Source: Candidatus Binatia bacterium
GTDB taxonomy: Bacteria; Desulfobacterota; Binatia; UBA9968; CAXXLF01
Direction: 5' to 3'
Length of the DNA stretch: 64,000 nt
Assembly (NCBI GenBank): GCA_963664015.2
Contig: CAXXLF010000002.1
Location: forward strand, 992,001 to 1,056,000
Below the pieces are notes generated by a model. The model was not told the DNA's origin, did no database searches, and saw only the letters and a program-made list of their open reading frames with translations. Positions 30,257-40,270 of this stretch are shown piece by piece (within the stretch, counting starts at the first letter, position 1; the number at the start of each line of letters is the position of its first letter). The position numbers and the translations under genes were made by a program.

Positions 30257-30997
30257 CTACAAAAATTCGCCACCGTCAATAGGTAAGACCACTCCGGTCA
30301 GGAAATCCTGGCACAGCAGGTGCAAGACGTTTTCCGCGATGATCTCCGCACTACCATGTCGCTTGAGGGGTACGCGGGATTTGGCGATCCTTTGCAAGTC
30401 CGCAACCTCCTTGCCAGAGGGCGGAAGGATCGCGCCCAGGGCTACCCCGTTAACGGTGATGCGAGGAGCGAGTTCGAGGGCCATCATCTCAGTCATTTGC
30501 CACAAGCCGCCCTTGGTTAAGCGATAGGCAAAGTGGTCCGGGCCCGCATGGCGCACACGACTGTCGGTGACGTGGATGATTTTACCCTGACGATGATCTG
30601 GGATTTGAGCCGCGAAGGCACGGCTCAGGAGAAACGGGGCTCGAAGATTGACGCTAAACAGTTCCTCCCAGAGCGCCTCATCGGTGCTCATGAAGGAATC
30701 CGACTCCCGAAAGACCGCTGCATTATTAATAAGGATATCAATATCTTGAAATCGCTTGCGGGCTGCCGGAATGACACCTTCGGTCGCCTCGAATTCCGCC
30801 AGATCTGCGGCATAAATTTCGGCCTCCACGCCGAGTGCTGCCGCATCGGCTTGGGTCTCCCGTGCCTCCCCAACTGAGCGCCTGTAATGGATAAAGACAT
30901 GGCAGCCGGCCCGAGCCAACGCTAACGTGATAGCTCGACCCAGACGGGTTGCCCCACCGCTGATAACAGCCACCTTACCGTGAAGTTCCATTACCAC
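30257..30997 (-). CDS. SDR oxidoreductase, pteridine reductase (FolM/PTR1)-like
   Basis: SGGATRLGRAI, IHYRRS, NNAAVF, YRLTK and ALELAP.ITVNG. Confidence 0.85.
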   Translation of the reverse strand: MVMELHGKVAVISGGATRLGRAITLALARAGCHVFIHYRRSVGEARETQADAAALGVEAEIYAADLAEFEATEGVIPAARKRFQDIDILINNAAVFRESDSFMSTDEALWEELFSVNLRAPFLLSRAFAAQIPDHRQGKIIHVTDSRVRHAGPDHFAYRLTKGGLWQMTEMMALELAPRITVNGVALGAILPPSGKEVADLQRIAKSRVPLKRHGSAEIIAENVLHLLCQDFLTGVVLPIDGGEFL

Positions 30998-31264
30998 CCC
31001 ATCTTAGGAATATTTCGTTATGAATTCAAGGGCATATGGGATCCCTCAAGGATGGAATCAGAAGCCTGGAGCTAAATTTTATTAAGACTCTTTTCGCATG
31101 AAACATAAAATAAAACTGAGTTCTAATAATATCAGTGTTTTTCCTCTTTACGGTTGGACAAAGCCGCCGTTCGTGGTAGCCTAACCAGCCTTCTCCGTTC
31201 CACCGGATGGGACCCTTTGCCACGGGATTTTCAGCTAAGAGCTAAGAGAAGGTTTTGTGCGATT

Positions 31265-32794
31265 ATGTGTGGAATAGCGGCATATGTAGGTACGCAGTCA
31301 GACCGGGTCTCTGAAAAGATCAAGGGGATAGCGAACCAGCTCCGTCACCGTGGCCCCGATGACTCAGGTTACCTGCACAGGGGCTCCACGGTACTTGCCC
31401 ACCGGCGATTGTCGATCATCGACCTTGCCGGTGGAAAGCAGCCTATTTACAACGAGACCGGTGATTTGGCGGTCATCTCCAATGGCGAGATCTACAATCA
31501 TGAGTTGCTGCGTCGCGAGTTGCAGGAGCGCCACCGGTTTCGGACGAATTCGGATTTCGAGGTCCTCCTTCATCTTTATGAAGATTTGGGGGAATCATGC
31601 GTATCCAAACTGGATGGCATGTTTGCCTTCGTTATCAGTGATGGTGAACAAGTCTTCGCCGCACGCGATCCCCTAGGCATCAAGCCTCTTTACGTGGGCA
31701 GGGATCATAACGGCGGACTTTGGTTCGCCTCCGAGCTCAAGGCACTGATTGACGTTTGCACCAGCATCGATGAAGTCCCGCCGGGATTTACCTACTCTCA
31801 GGGAAAGTTGAAGCGTTGGTTTGAACCCGTATGGCGGGAGCCACAGGATCCGCCAACGGCCCTTGAACCCGGTGCCATTAGAGCCAGTCTGGAATCTGCC
31901 GTGGTCAAACGGTTGATGAGCGACGTTCCGGTGGGCGTCTTTCTCTCCGGTGGGCTCGATTCAAGCGTGATCGCTGCGCTGGTGCGCCGACACGTTGACG
32001 AGTTGCACAGCTTCTCGGTCGGACTGGAAGGATCACCAGACATCCTGGCAGCCCGGGAGGTGGCCAAACACCTTGGCACACGTCACCACGAATACGTCTA
32101 CACCGCCGGTGAAGCCCTTTCCATACTAAGGGACGCCATTGTCCATCTGGAGTCCTACGATCCTGCACTGCTACGCAGCGCCGTCCCGTGTTATTTCGTT
32201 TCCAAGATTGCCTCCGACCACGTCAAAGTTGTTTTGACCGGAGAGGGCGCCGATGAGGCATTCGCTGGATACCTCTATTTTCGGGGCGTCAACGACCCGG
32301 GCATCCTTCATAGGGAATGCGTCAGGCTGCTCAGCGGCTTGCACAACATGAACCTGCAGCGCGTCGACCGCATGACGATGGCCCATTCCATTGAAGGCCG
32401 TGTACCTTTTCTCGATATCGACTTCCTCGATACCGTGATGGCCATCGACCCGCGGGAAAAGCTCCATCGACCCAACCATCCCTAAAAGTGGTTGCTGCGC
32501 GATGCCGTTGAGGGCCTGTTGCCGGAGTCTATCCTGTGGCGCACCAAGCAGGAATTCGCCCAGGGCTGCGGTTCGGAATGGACGTTTCGCGAGCATTGTG
32601 ACGGAATCGTCAGCGACTGGGAAATGGACACCGCGGCTCAGCGATTTCCCATGGACACACCGGAGACTAAAGAGGCCTTTCACTACCGCCGAGTTTTCGA
32701 AGATGCCTTCCCGGGAGAAACGGCCCGTCGAACCGTGGGACGATGGCGCGGGGCATTTGCATCAACAATTGAAGAGAAGAGAGTTTATGAATAA
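31265..32794 (+). pseudogene. asnB: Asparagine synthase (glutamine-hydrolysing) homolog with one in-frame stop
   Basis: MCGIA (Ntn Cys), HRGPD, NGEIYN, LSGGLDSS, TGEGADE and RVPFLD; TAA at 32483-32485, then the same frame continues KWLLRDAVEGLLPESILWRTKQEF. Confidence 0.88.
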
Positions 32795-34076
32795 CATCAG
32801 CGAATCGTCACTAACCAACGGAGTTACAGGTCTAAAAACCTACAGCGACACTGTCGCGAACGGATACTACGACAAGCACGTAGGCGGCCTCTTTGGAAAA
32901 CACGACAACGTGCGAACTTACTGGGAGGATCAGCTGACGCGGCTCGTCATGCGCCCGTTCGTCGCCCGGATCGCTTCCAACTGTCGCGCCGCGAAACGGG
33001 GAGTGAGGATTTTAGATCTGGGATGCGGTTCGGGCCAAGGATACGAGCTTCTAACCCGGGTCAACCAGAAAGACCTGGGCCTGGACGAGGAACTGAGCTA
33101 CGTGCTGCCGGCGGATGAGGTAGCCTCGTATCTGGGTGTGGATATCACCGATGCCATGGTGGATCAGGGCCGGCAAAACTACACCGGTAACCCAACTATC
33201 GCCTTCGATCAAGCGGACCTCTCCAAAGGCCTCGGAACCGTCAAGTCAGAGGCCCCCTTCGATATCTACTTTTCCTCTTACGGGTCATTGTCCCATTTAA
33301 CCACCGCCGAGTTGACTCACTGTTTGACCGACATCCTTCACCATGCCAGACCGGGAGCCCTGATCGTCATGGATTTGGTCGGACGGTTCTCACCCGAGTG
33401 GCCCGCCTACTGGACCACGCCCCCTATAGCCAACGACATGCGCCACTATTCAATGAGCTACATGTATAGCGAGGAAGAACGCCGGAAAGGCGACGTAGAA
33501 AAATTCCTCCTCCGCTTCTGGAGTGGCGATGAGGTAAAGAACCTGTGTCGCCAGCTGAGCCAGCAAAACGACGTCGCCCTGAACCCCCTCGCATTGCTCG
33601 ACCGTTCCATATTCGTGGGGCGCCACGTTGACACAAAAGAATACGGCTGCAATCTCCCCTCCCTACGCAGCACGGTTAACCGTCTTTACGAACTTAACGT
33701 GCGTACCAAACTGGAGAGCCTTCAATTCACCCATTACCACTCCGACGGCAACCAAGAACTCCATCAGTTTTTCGGTGAGCTCGCCATGTGCTGGTCCAAG
33801 GTCGTTGAATTCACACTCGAACGAATCCAGGGACGGAGGGTCGACCTCGTTGCAATCAACGGTTGGCGCGGATTTCCACCGCATCTGCAAACGGCCCTGA
33901 TGACCATGGACCGAGTCATCGACAGTCTATCGGGGATCGACCTGGGCGACGTCCGGGCCAACATCCTTGAACCGCAGCTGGCCTACGTATTGCGCCGTCT
34001 CGAGCAAACGACGCAAAGCGGGAAGGGTTGTGGGCACGGTCTGGTTGCCGTATTGCAAGTTGGGCAGAATTTATAA
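32787..34076 (+). CDS. Large class I SAM-dependent methyltransferase (429 aa), function unknown
   Basis: ILDLGCGSGQG motif I, YLGVDIT..M and FDIYFSSYGSLSH; ATG at 32787 overlaps the end of asnB. Confidence 0.85.
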   Translation: MNNISESSLTNGVTGLKTYSDTVANGYYDKHVGGLFGKHDNVRTYWEDQLTRLVMRPFVARIASNCRAAKRGVRILDLGCGSGQGYELLTRVNQKDLGLDEELSYVLPADEVASYLGVDITDAMVDQGRQNYTGNPTIAFDQADLSKGLGTVKSEAPFDIYFSSYGSLSHLTTAELTHCLTDILHHARPGALIVMDLVGRFSPEWPAYWTTPPIANDMRHYSMSYMYSEEERRKGDVEKFLLRFWSGDEVKNLCRQLSQQNDVALNPLALLDRSIFVGRHVDTKEYGCNLPSLRSTVNRLYELNVRTKLESLQFTHYHSDGNQELHQFFGELAMCWSKVVEFTLERIQGRRVDLVAINGWRGFPPHLQTALMTMDRVIDSLSGIDLGDVRANILEPQLAYVLRRLEQTTQSGKGCGHGLVAVLQVGQNL

Positions 34077-34163
34077 TTCCACTTGGAATCATCGAACGTC
34101 GTGAGCAAAGCAAGCCCTCAATTTTCGAAGGGTGAACCGCAGGATATCTCAAGAGGCCATACC

Positions 34164-35720
34164 ATGCGTTATCTTCTGGTCTTATTGTTTTCGTTGGTTT
34201 TGGCAATGCCCGCTCCCCGACTCGCCGGAGCCGATACGGACGCACCCCAGCATGGGGGAACTCTAACCGTCGCCGCCCATAGGGACATCTCAAGCATGAA
34301 CCCCATGGTAAAAGCGTCGTCGCACGACAAGTGGATTCGCCGGCTAATGTTCGAACCCCTTTTAGAAGTCGACGAGAGTGGAACGATCCATCCCTATCTC
34401 GCCGAATCCTGGGATATCTCCAGTGATGGCAGGGCATACACCTTCCGTTTAAGAAAAGGCGTAAAATTTCACGATGGCCGGGAGATGACGGCAGGCGATG
34501 TGAAGTTTTCCGTCGATTACGTACTCAACCCTAAGAATGCCGCCTTTGGTCCAGGTCGACTGGACCAGGTTGAAGTCGTAGAGGCCGTCAATAAGCATAC
34601 ACTCAAGGTCACCCTCAAGAAACCAACTTTAGGCTTCCTAAGTTCGCTGACGACCATCCAAACGCTTGCGGTGGTTTCCAAAGGGTCCCTCGAGGTTGGG
34701 AGCGTTCGGCCGTTGAGGTTTCCTCCGGGCACGGGGCCGTTCAGGTTCGCCGACTGGAGGCCTAGGCAGCGGTTCGTCATTGCACGACATAGGGAATACT
34801 GGCGGTACACGCCTTTCTTAGAGAGGGTCGTCTTCCGACCCATAACAAACGCCACGGTTCGGCTCACCGCACTTCGAACCGGAAATGTGGATCTAGCCAT
34901 TGGAATTCCGGGGGAATGGGTTCCTCAAATCGCTGCGGGCAAGTTAAAGGGATTGAGCACCATTAAAACTTCCAACTCCAGTCTCTATCGTATTCAATTC
35001 AATGCCGCCCACCCCCCTTTCAATAATAAAAAGTTGCGCCAGGCGGTGGCCCATGCCATTGACAAGAGGGAACTGATCCAGAATGTCTTTTACGGCCAGG
35101 GGACCCCGATTGTCCAAAAGTATCCGGAGGGGCATCCATGGTATTTCAAAGATCTATCGGCCCGGCGGTATGACCAGACTATAGCGCTGGCGCTCCTAAG
35201 AGAATCCGGATACAGGGGCGAGATGATCGAGCTCATCTCCGGCCGGTCGAGTCTCAATCAAAACCTGTCCGCTACGGTTCAGGCTCAGCTGAGACGGGTC
35301 GGCATTCCCGTAAAACGGAGGCTCATCGATTCCTGGTCCTATCGACGGCGCGTGAGACGCGGAGAATTCAGCATTCAGATAGGGGCCGCCGGTAAATACG
35401 TGGACCCGGCCGACACCTACAGCCTGGAACTCGCCTGCGAGCCCGACCTCAAGAAACGGGGCCATAATGCGACCGGGTACTGTGATCCGGAAATGCAATT
35501 ACTGCTCGACCAGGCGGAGGGAGAAATGGATCCTAATGCCCGCAGGGAAGTCTTCAAACAAATCCTGACCAAATTCACCGAAGACGTACCAAGTGTCTAT
35601 ATTGCCTTCATTTCTAGTTTCTTTGCCTTCAATGACACCGTCAAGGGATTTACCAGCATCGATGACGGGACCTTGGAATACCTGAATGGCGGCTTAAGTC
35701 GCACCTGGTTGGACCGTTAG
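34164..35720 (+). CDS. ABC transporter substrate-binding protein, family 5 (DppA/OppA-like), orphan
   Basis: Signal peptide, LAESWDIS.DG..YTF.LRKGVKFHDG, GTGPF and LRQAVAHAIDK. Confidence 0.88.
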   Translation: MRYLLVLLFSLVLAMPAPRLAGADTDAPQHGGTLTVAAHRDISSMNPMVKASSHDKWIRRLMFEPLLEVDESGTIHPYLAESWDISSDGRAYTFRLRKGVKFHDGREMTAGDVKFSVDYVLNPKNAAFGPGRLDQVEVVEAVNKHTLKVTLKKPTLGFLSSLTTIQTLAVVSKGSLEVGSVRPLRFPPGTGPFRFADWRPRQRFVIARHREYWRYTPFLERVVFRPITNATVRLTALRTGNVDLAIGIPGEWVPQIAAGKLKGLSTIKTSNSSLYRIQFNAAHPPFNNKKLRQAVAHAIDKRELIQNVFYGQGTPIVQKYPEGHPWYFKDLSARRYDQTIALALLRESGYRGEMIELISGRSSLNQNLSATVQAQLRRVGIPVKRRLIDSWSYRRRVRRGEFSIQIGAAGKYVDPADTYSLELACEPDLKKRGHNATGYCDPEMQLLLDQAEGEMDPNARREVFKQILTKFTEDVPSVYIAFISSFFAFNDTVKGFTSIDDGTLEYLNGGLSRTWLDR

Positions 35721-35739
35721 ACACCGGGTTATGGTCATC

Positions 35740-36783
35740 CTATACGGGCCATAGCAGTCTCATAGCGAATTCCACAACTCCGCCGCCAAGGACCAGCCAC
35801 GCCGAGTTGAACTTAAAATTCACTATCAGTAGGGCCGAGATTAGTGCCACGATCGTCGTAACGCCGTCTATCAAAGCCGATCGGCCGAGCTGCCACGTAA
35901 CCGCAGCCATCAGCCCGAGGGACGCCACGTTAACCCCATCGAGGAAACCAGAGACCCAGCGGGATCGGCGCATTCGTGGTATCAACGGGCTGCTCGCCAG
36001 AACAAACAAGAATGCCGGGAGAAATATTCCAACTGTCGCCAGCATCGCGCCCGGTGAGCCCGCGATCAGGTAGCCAATAAAGGTGCCGTGGTAACCCCGG
36101 CCGGTGGGGCGGCCGCTGCCATAGCCTGGGAAATCCACAAAACGGGGAAGCCTATCAGGAGCAGTCTCGACCTTTGCCATCGATTCCGGAGGTTCTGGGT
36201 CCCCATGACAACAAAACCAGCCGTAAACAGGAGATCGATCTCATTGAATCCGAAGAAGAATAAAATGACGACACCGACTCCGACGGCCCCTGTCAGCGGC
36301 CCCTTGACTGCCGCCTTGCCCAATGACCAAAGAGCTTGAAGTACGATGGCAATGATGACCGGCTTGATTCCGTATAGAATCCACGTCGCTTCCGGTAACG
36401 AACCATACCGGACATAGACCCAGGCAAGGGCCCAAACAATGAGCATGGCAGGCAGGATGAAGCAGCTTCCGGCAACGACGAGCCCCTTCCCATCCAGCGC
36501 GTACCAGACCGATATGAATTGCCAACTCGGTGGAGTTGGGACCGGGTATCAAGTTTGTGGCCCCAAGCAGGTCGAGGAAGCTCTGTCGGTCGAGCCAACC
36601 TCTCTTTCGCACCACCTCATCCTCCATCATGGCGATGTGCGCCGCCGGCCCACCGAAAGCGATCGTGCCGAGCTTCAAAAACAAGCTGGCGAGCTCACCA
36701 AGGGAACCGCTGGAAGGTCTGCCTGTTTTCATGGGTGGCACTGCCTTCGCCGCCCTCTCATCCATGCCACCGGCTTTATCCAT
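35740..36783 (-). pseudogene. chrA: Chromate efflux transporter, frameshifted and internally deleted
   Basis: FLKLGTIAFGGPAAHIAMM, IPGPNSTELAIH and TFIGYL..G..GA.LATVGIFLPAF spread over three frames; the start of the second CHR repeat is missing. Confidence 0.85.
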
Positions 36784-36897
36784 GTTAATCGAAATTTAGC
36801 GAAACTTTCGCCGCCCGTGAGCGAAATAGTTCGAGGCTCGACCTGATCCATTTAACAACCAGGAACGTCACCGTATCTCCCGACGTCTTTGGCAGCC

Positions 36898-37402
36898 CTA
36901 GTACCCGCTGTAACCGCTCGGAGGATTATTACCCTGAGAAGTGACACTGAGGAGAATCGGCAGCAATACCCCCATACCCAACGCAAAGAGCCAAAGCGCG
37001 GGTCCCGGTGGTGACTCGGGCTCAGGACCCAGACGCCAGAGGGCGAGATCGCTTAACGCTCGGGAAATCAATCCAAGCGCTGCTCCATACAGAATCCACC
37101 CTACTAATTCGGGGAACAGGGCGCGCATTCCCTCTGCGGTCCACTGAGGGTCCTGGCCGGATAGCAACGGGAACACGATCACGCTGACCAGACCCCACAG
37201 GGGAATACCCAGAGCGGCAGGGGTCATGGTGCTATCCGCATAGCAGTGCGGGGTAGGCGGAAAGGCCAGGGCAAAACCCGCCCCGACAAGAACGCCAATG
37301 ACGACTCCCAGGACGCCACTGCTCAAGGTCATTACCAGCGCGGCACTAGCCCCCAAACCGGCTACAAGGCCGAAGCAGACTCGCCTTAGCCGATCTGTTC
37401 AT
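36898..37402 (-). pseudogene. Membrane protein remnant (frameshift near the 5' end, probable internal deletion)
   Basis: Hydrophobic ORF 36898-37356; the upstream ATG at 37402 is out of frame; abrupt junction PEPESP|PGPALWLF. Confidence 0.5.
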
Positions 37403-37820
37403 ACTGAATTTAACAATTTTCTAAAAAGTTTTGATGCGCTAACAGATCACCTGAGAAAGAAAAGATTAAAATTACAACTCATTTCACTCAACGACAATAA
37501 CACCCCGACGGTCACACGCACTTTCGGAAGGGCGTAAGTTTAGATTTCAATGGGGCATTCTCGTCGGATTCGAATCGCCAAGATGAAGGGCATTAGGCGC
37601 TCTTGAATCCAAACCTCGAGCCTCATATACTCCTCCAGCAGATTGACTCCAGATTTAAACGGTAGCGGGGGCAGTAATCCATGACCGTCCGGCATAGAGT
37701 GGAACCATCGTTTCGCCCCTCAGGCTCTGTGCAGGCTCTGATAAATACTGCACTCTATAACCAACTAGCTACGAGAGCGACTCTGGGTTATACACCGAAC
37801 TGGATTGAGGAGGTCAGCCG

Positions 37821-38909
37821 ATGAGTATCCCAAACAATTTACCGATCATTGATGCCGATTCCCACGTGATCGAGACCGCACGGACATGGGAATACCTAGA
37901 GCCTGCAGAGCATAAATATCGTCCCCTCCTTTATTCCTCTCCAGATAATCCGGCCAGGCAGTACTGGATGATCGACGGCAGTATATGTGGTCTACGCTTT
38001 CCGACATTGTCAGAACAGGAGTTAAAAACAATGTCGGAGAAGGTAGGGAGGAATGTGGAAACGCCGCAGATGGCCCGTGAGCTTGACGATGTGCAACTGA
38101 GGCTTAAACACATGGACGAGCTAGGAATCGATATCCAGGTTGTGCACAACACGTTCTGGATCGAACAGGTCTCGCCTCGTCCGGAGGTAGAGGCTGCACT
38201 CTGCCGGAGCTGGAACCGCTGGCTCGGTGATGTATGGCGGAAGGGTAACGGAAGGTTGCGCTGGACGTGTGTGGTCCCCTCAATGCTGATGGACGAGACA
38301 ATCGCCCAGGTCAAAGTGGCGAAGGAGAATGGCGCAGTCGGGGTATGTCTGAGACCGCTGGAGGGGAACCGGCACCTTACGGACCCGTACTTTTATCCGC
38401 TCTATGAAGTGGCGAGCAGTCTGGACATGGCGATCGCCGTGCATATCGCCAACGGCAACCCGGACTATTGTGATCTTTATCGCTATACTCCGGCAAGCAC
38501 CATGACGATGTTCCGGGTGCCAACGGTAGTTTCCTGCTTTGCGCTCTTGATGAGCGAAATCCCGCAAGTCTTCCCCAATTTGCGATGGGGCTTTATTGAA
38601 ACGTCAGCCCAGTGGGTGCCGTGGATTTACCAAGAAGTCGCCATTCGGTACCGGGGTGCGGGCAGAAACCTTCCTGAAGATCTGTTTCATGAAAACAACA
38701 TCTTTATTACCTGTCAGACCACCGATGACATTCCCTACATTCTAAGATATTCCGGCGAGCACAGTTTAGCCATTGGTACCGACTATGGACACACCGATAC
38801 CGCTAGCATGGTGGATGCGATCACGGAGTTCAAAGGGCGTGAGGCCGTCAGCCCGGATGACCGCGAAAGAATTCTTACCCACAACCCCAGAGCTTTGTAC
38901 GCCCTCTAG
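37821..38909 (+). CDS. Amidohydrolase-2 family metalloprotein
   Basis: IIDADSHVIE, AVHIANG, IETSAQWVP and GTDYGH; GAGGAGG SD. Confidence 0.88.
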   Translation: MSIPNNLPIIDADSHVIETARTWEYLEPAEHKYRPLLYSSPDNPARQYWMIDGSICGLRFPTLSEQELKTMSEKVGRNVETPQMARELDDVQLRLKHMDELGIDIQVVHNTFWIEQVSPRPEVEAALCRSWNRWLGDVWRKGNGRLRWTCVVPSMLMDETIAQVKVAKENGAVGVCLRPLEGNRHLTDPYFYPLYEVASSLDMAIAVHIANGNPDYCDLYRYTPASTMTMFRVPTVVSCFALLMSEIPQVFPNLRWGFIETSAQWVPWIYQEVAIRYRGAGRNLPEDLFHENNIFITCQTTDDIPYILRYSGEHSLAIGTDYGHTDTASMVDAITEFKGREAVSPDDRERILTHNPRALYAL

Positions 38910-39021
38910 GAGCGCGGGAAAACATCATACCCAGAGTAAGTCTCGCTGTGAACCCATAATCACATTCAAATTGCTTTTTAATGTCGGCGGAGAGTAGCCC
39001 AGCCCCTCGTAGAGCCCTACG

Positions 39022-40034
39022 CTACAGTGAGCAGACGGAAGCGCAGGACACGGTAATGTTGCCGTCCTCCAGCGGTTGCCGCATGACCTCCAGGACATTG
39101 CGCCGGAATTCGGGCAGCTCATCGAGTAAGAGACCGCCATTGTGCGCCATGGACACCTCTCCCGGTTTCGGGACCATTCCCCCTCCCACCAACCCGGCAT
39201 CCGATATGGTGTGATGGGGAGAGCGAAAGGGGCGAGTGGCCAGGAGGGGTCGACCGTCCAACAAACCCATGACGCTGTGGATCTTGGTGGTCTCCAGAGC
39301 TTCGGGCAGCGACATATCGGAGAGGATCGTTGGGAGCCTCTTGGCCAGCATCGTCTTGCCCGACCCCAGTGGTCCGATGAGGAGCACGTTGTGCCCTCCG
39401 AAGGCAGCCACCTCCAGGGCCCGTTTGACATGCTGCTGTCCCTTAACGTCGCTGAAATCGGTGTCATACACTGAATGGCTGCGGAACACCTTGCCCACGT
39501 CGACCCGTGTGGGTTCAAGAACACCATTACCGCCAAGAAATTCAATCACCTGGGGTAGGTTTTCTGCGCCTAGGACTTCGATCCCCTCCACTACGGCGGC
39601 CTCGGGGACATTGGCAGCCGGCAACACCAGTCCGCGCAGGCCCTCTTCTTTGACTGCCAGGGCCACCGGCAAAGCGCCACGGACCGGCTTGATCTCGCCG
39701 TCCAGGGAGAGTTCACCAATCATAAAAACTCCTGAAGCCGTTCCTTCGGGACTAGGCCTTCCGCGGCCAGGATCCCCACAGCCATGGGCAGATCGTCACC
39801 GGAGCCCTCTTTCTTGATGTCCGCTGGGGCCAGATTGATCGTGATCTTTTTCGACGGGAAGGAATAGGCGCAGTTTTTCAGAGCCGCACGAATACGGTCC
39901 TTGCTCTCCCGGACCGCTCCTTCGGCGAGCCCCACCGTTGCCAATTGCGGAAGACCGGAAGCGATATCAACTTCCACCTCGACCCGCAGCGTGTTTATAC
40001 CCTAGAGGGAAGCGCTTTGTACCTTCGGCAGCAT
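39022..40034 (-). pseudogene. comM: YifB/ComM Mg-chelatase-like ATPase, disrupted and 3'-truncated
   Basis: ATG at 40034 (MLPKVQSASL), TAG at 40002-40004, EVDIASGLP..KITINLAPAD, frameshift at ~39720, [23 protein letters not shown] and LDELPEF; homology ends after [10 protein letters not shown]. Confidence 0.9.
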
Positions 40035-40039
40035 ATTGG

Positions 40040-40135
40040 AAACCCCATCGGTCCTTCGACTTTGCTCAGGATGGTGAGCTTGTCGAGTCGGTCGAACCAC
40101 TTTGTGCCCGCCTCAAGAGGCGGGGTTAACCTCGA
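40040..40135. repeat. Composite ~90-bp intergenic repeat, copy B1 (REP core inside an IS200/IS605-end-like hairpin)
   Basis: Near-identical to 57391-57478 apart from a 9-nt insertion and a few substitutions. Confidence 0.88.
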
Positions 40136-40221
40136 GTCCACCATATTATTGCTAATCTTGCTAACCGGGGAAAATCCTGTTAAGAGAAAACATGGACACA
40201 CAGAATCCATCTCCTATTATT

Positions 40222-40249
40222 ACCCAGGCCTTCGTCTGGGTTTTTTTTT
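40222..40249 (+). terminator. Intrinsic terminator-like hairpin in the guaB leader (attenuator candidate)
   Basis: cccaggc-cttc-gtctggg followed by T9, ending 21 nt before the guaB ATG. Confidence 0.65.
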
Positions 40250-40270
40250 ACCCAGAATCGGAGTTGAGCC

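Noticed and set aside
31154-32786. Long N-terminal extensions predicted for asnB (31154) and the methyltransferase (32502)
   Set aside because: AsnB needs Cys at position 2 (ATG 31265); the methyltransferase extension overlaps the asnB C-terminal frame, so ATG 32787 is preferred.
37540-37626. 28-codon minus-strand ORF with a GGAGGAG SD (MRLEVWIQERLMPFILAIRIRRECPIEI)
   Set aside because: It lies in a decayed region with no recognisable motif, promoter or terminator; support is insufficient.
2672-40034. Stop-codon reassignment as the explanation for the many in-frame TAA/TAG/TGA codons
   Set aside because: All three stops terminate intact housekeeping genes normally, the expected residues differ (Glu, Tyr, Trp), and several of the same genes also carry frameshifts and deletions.
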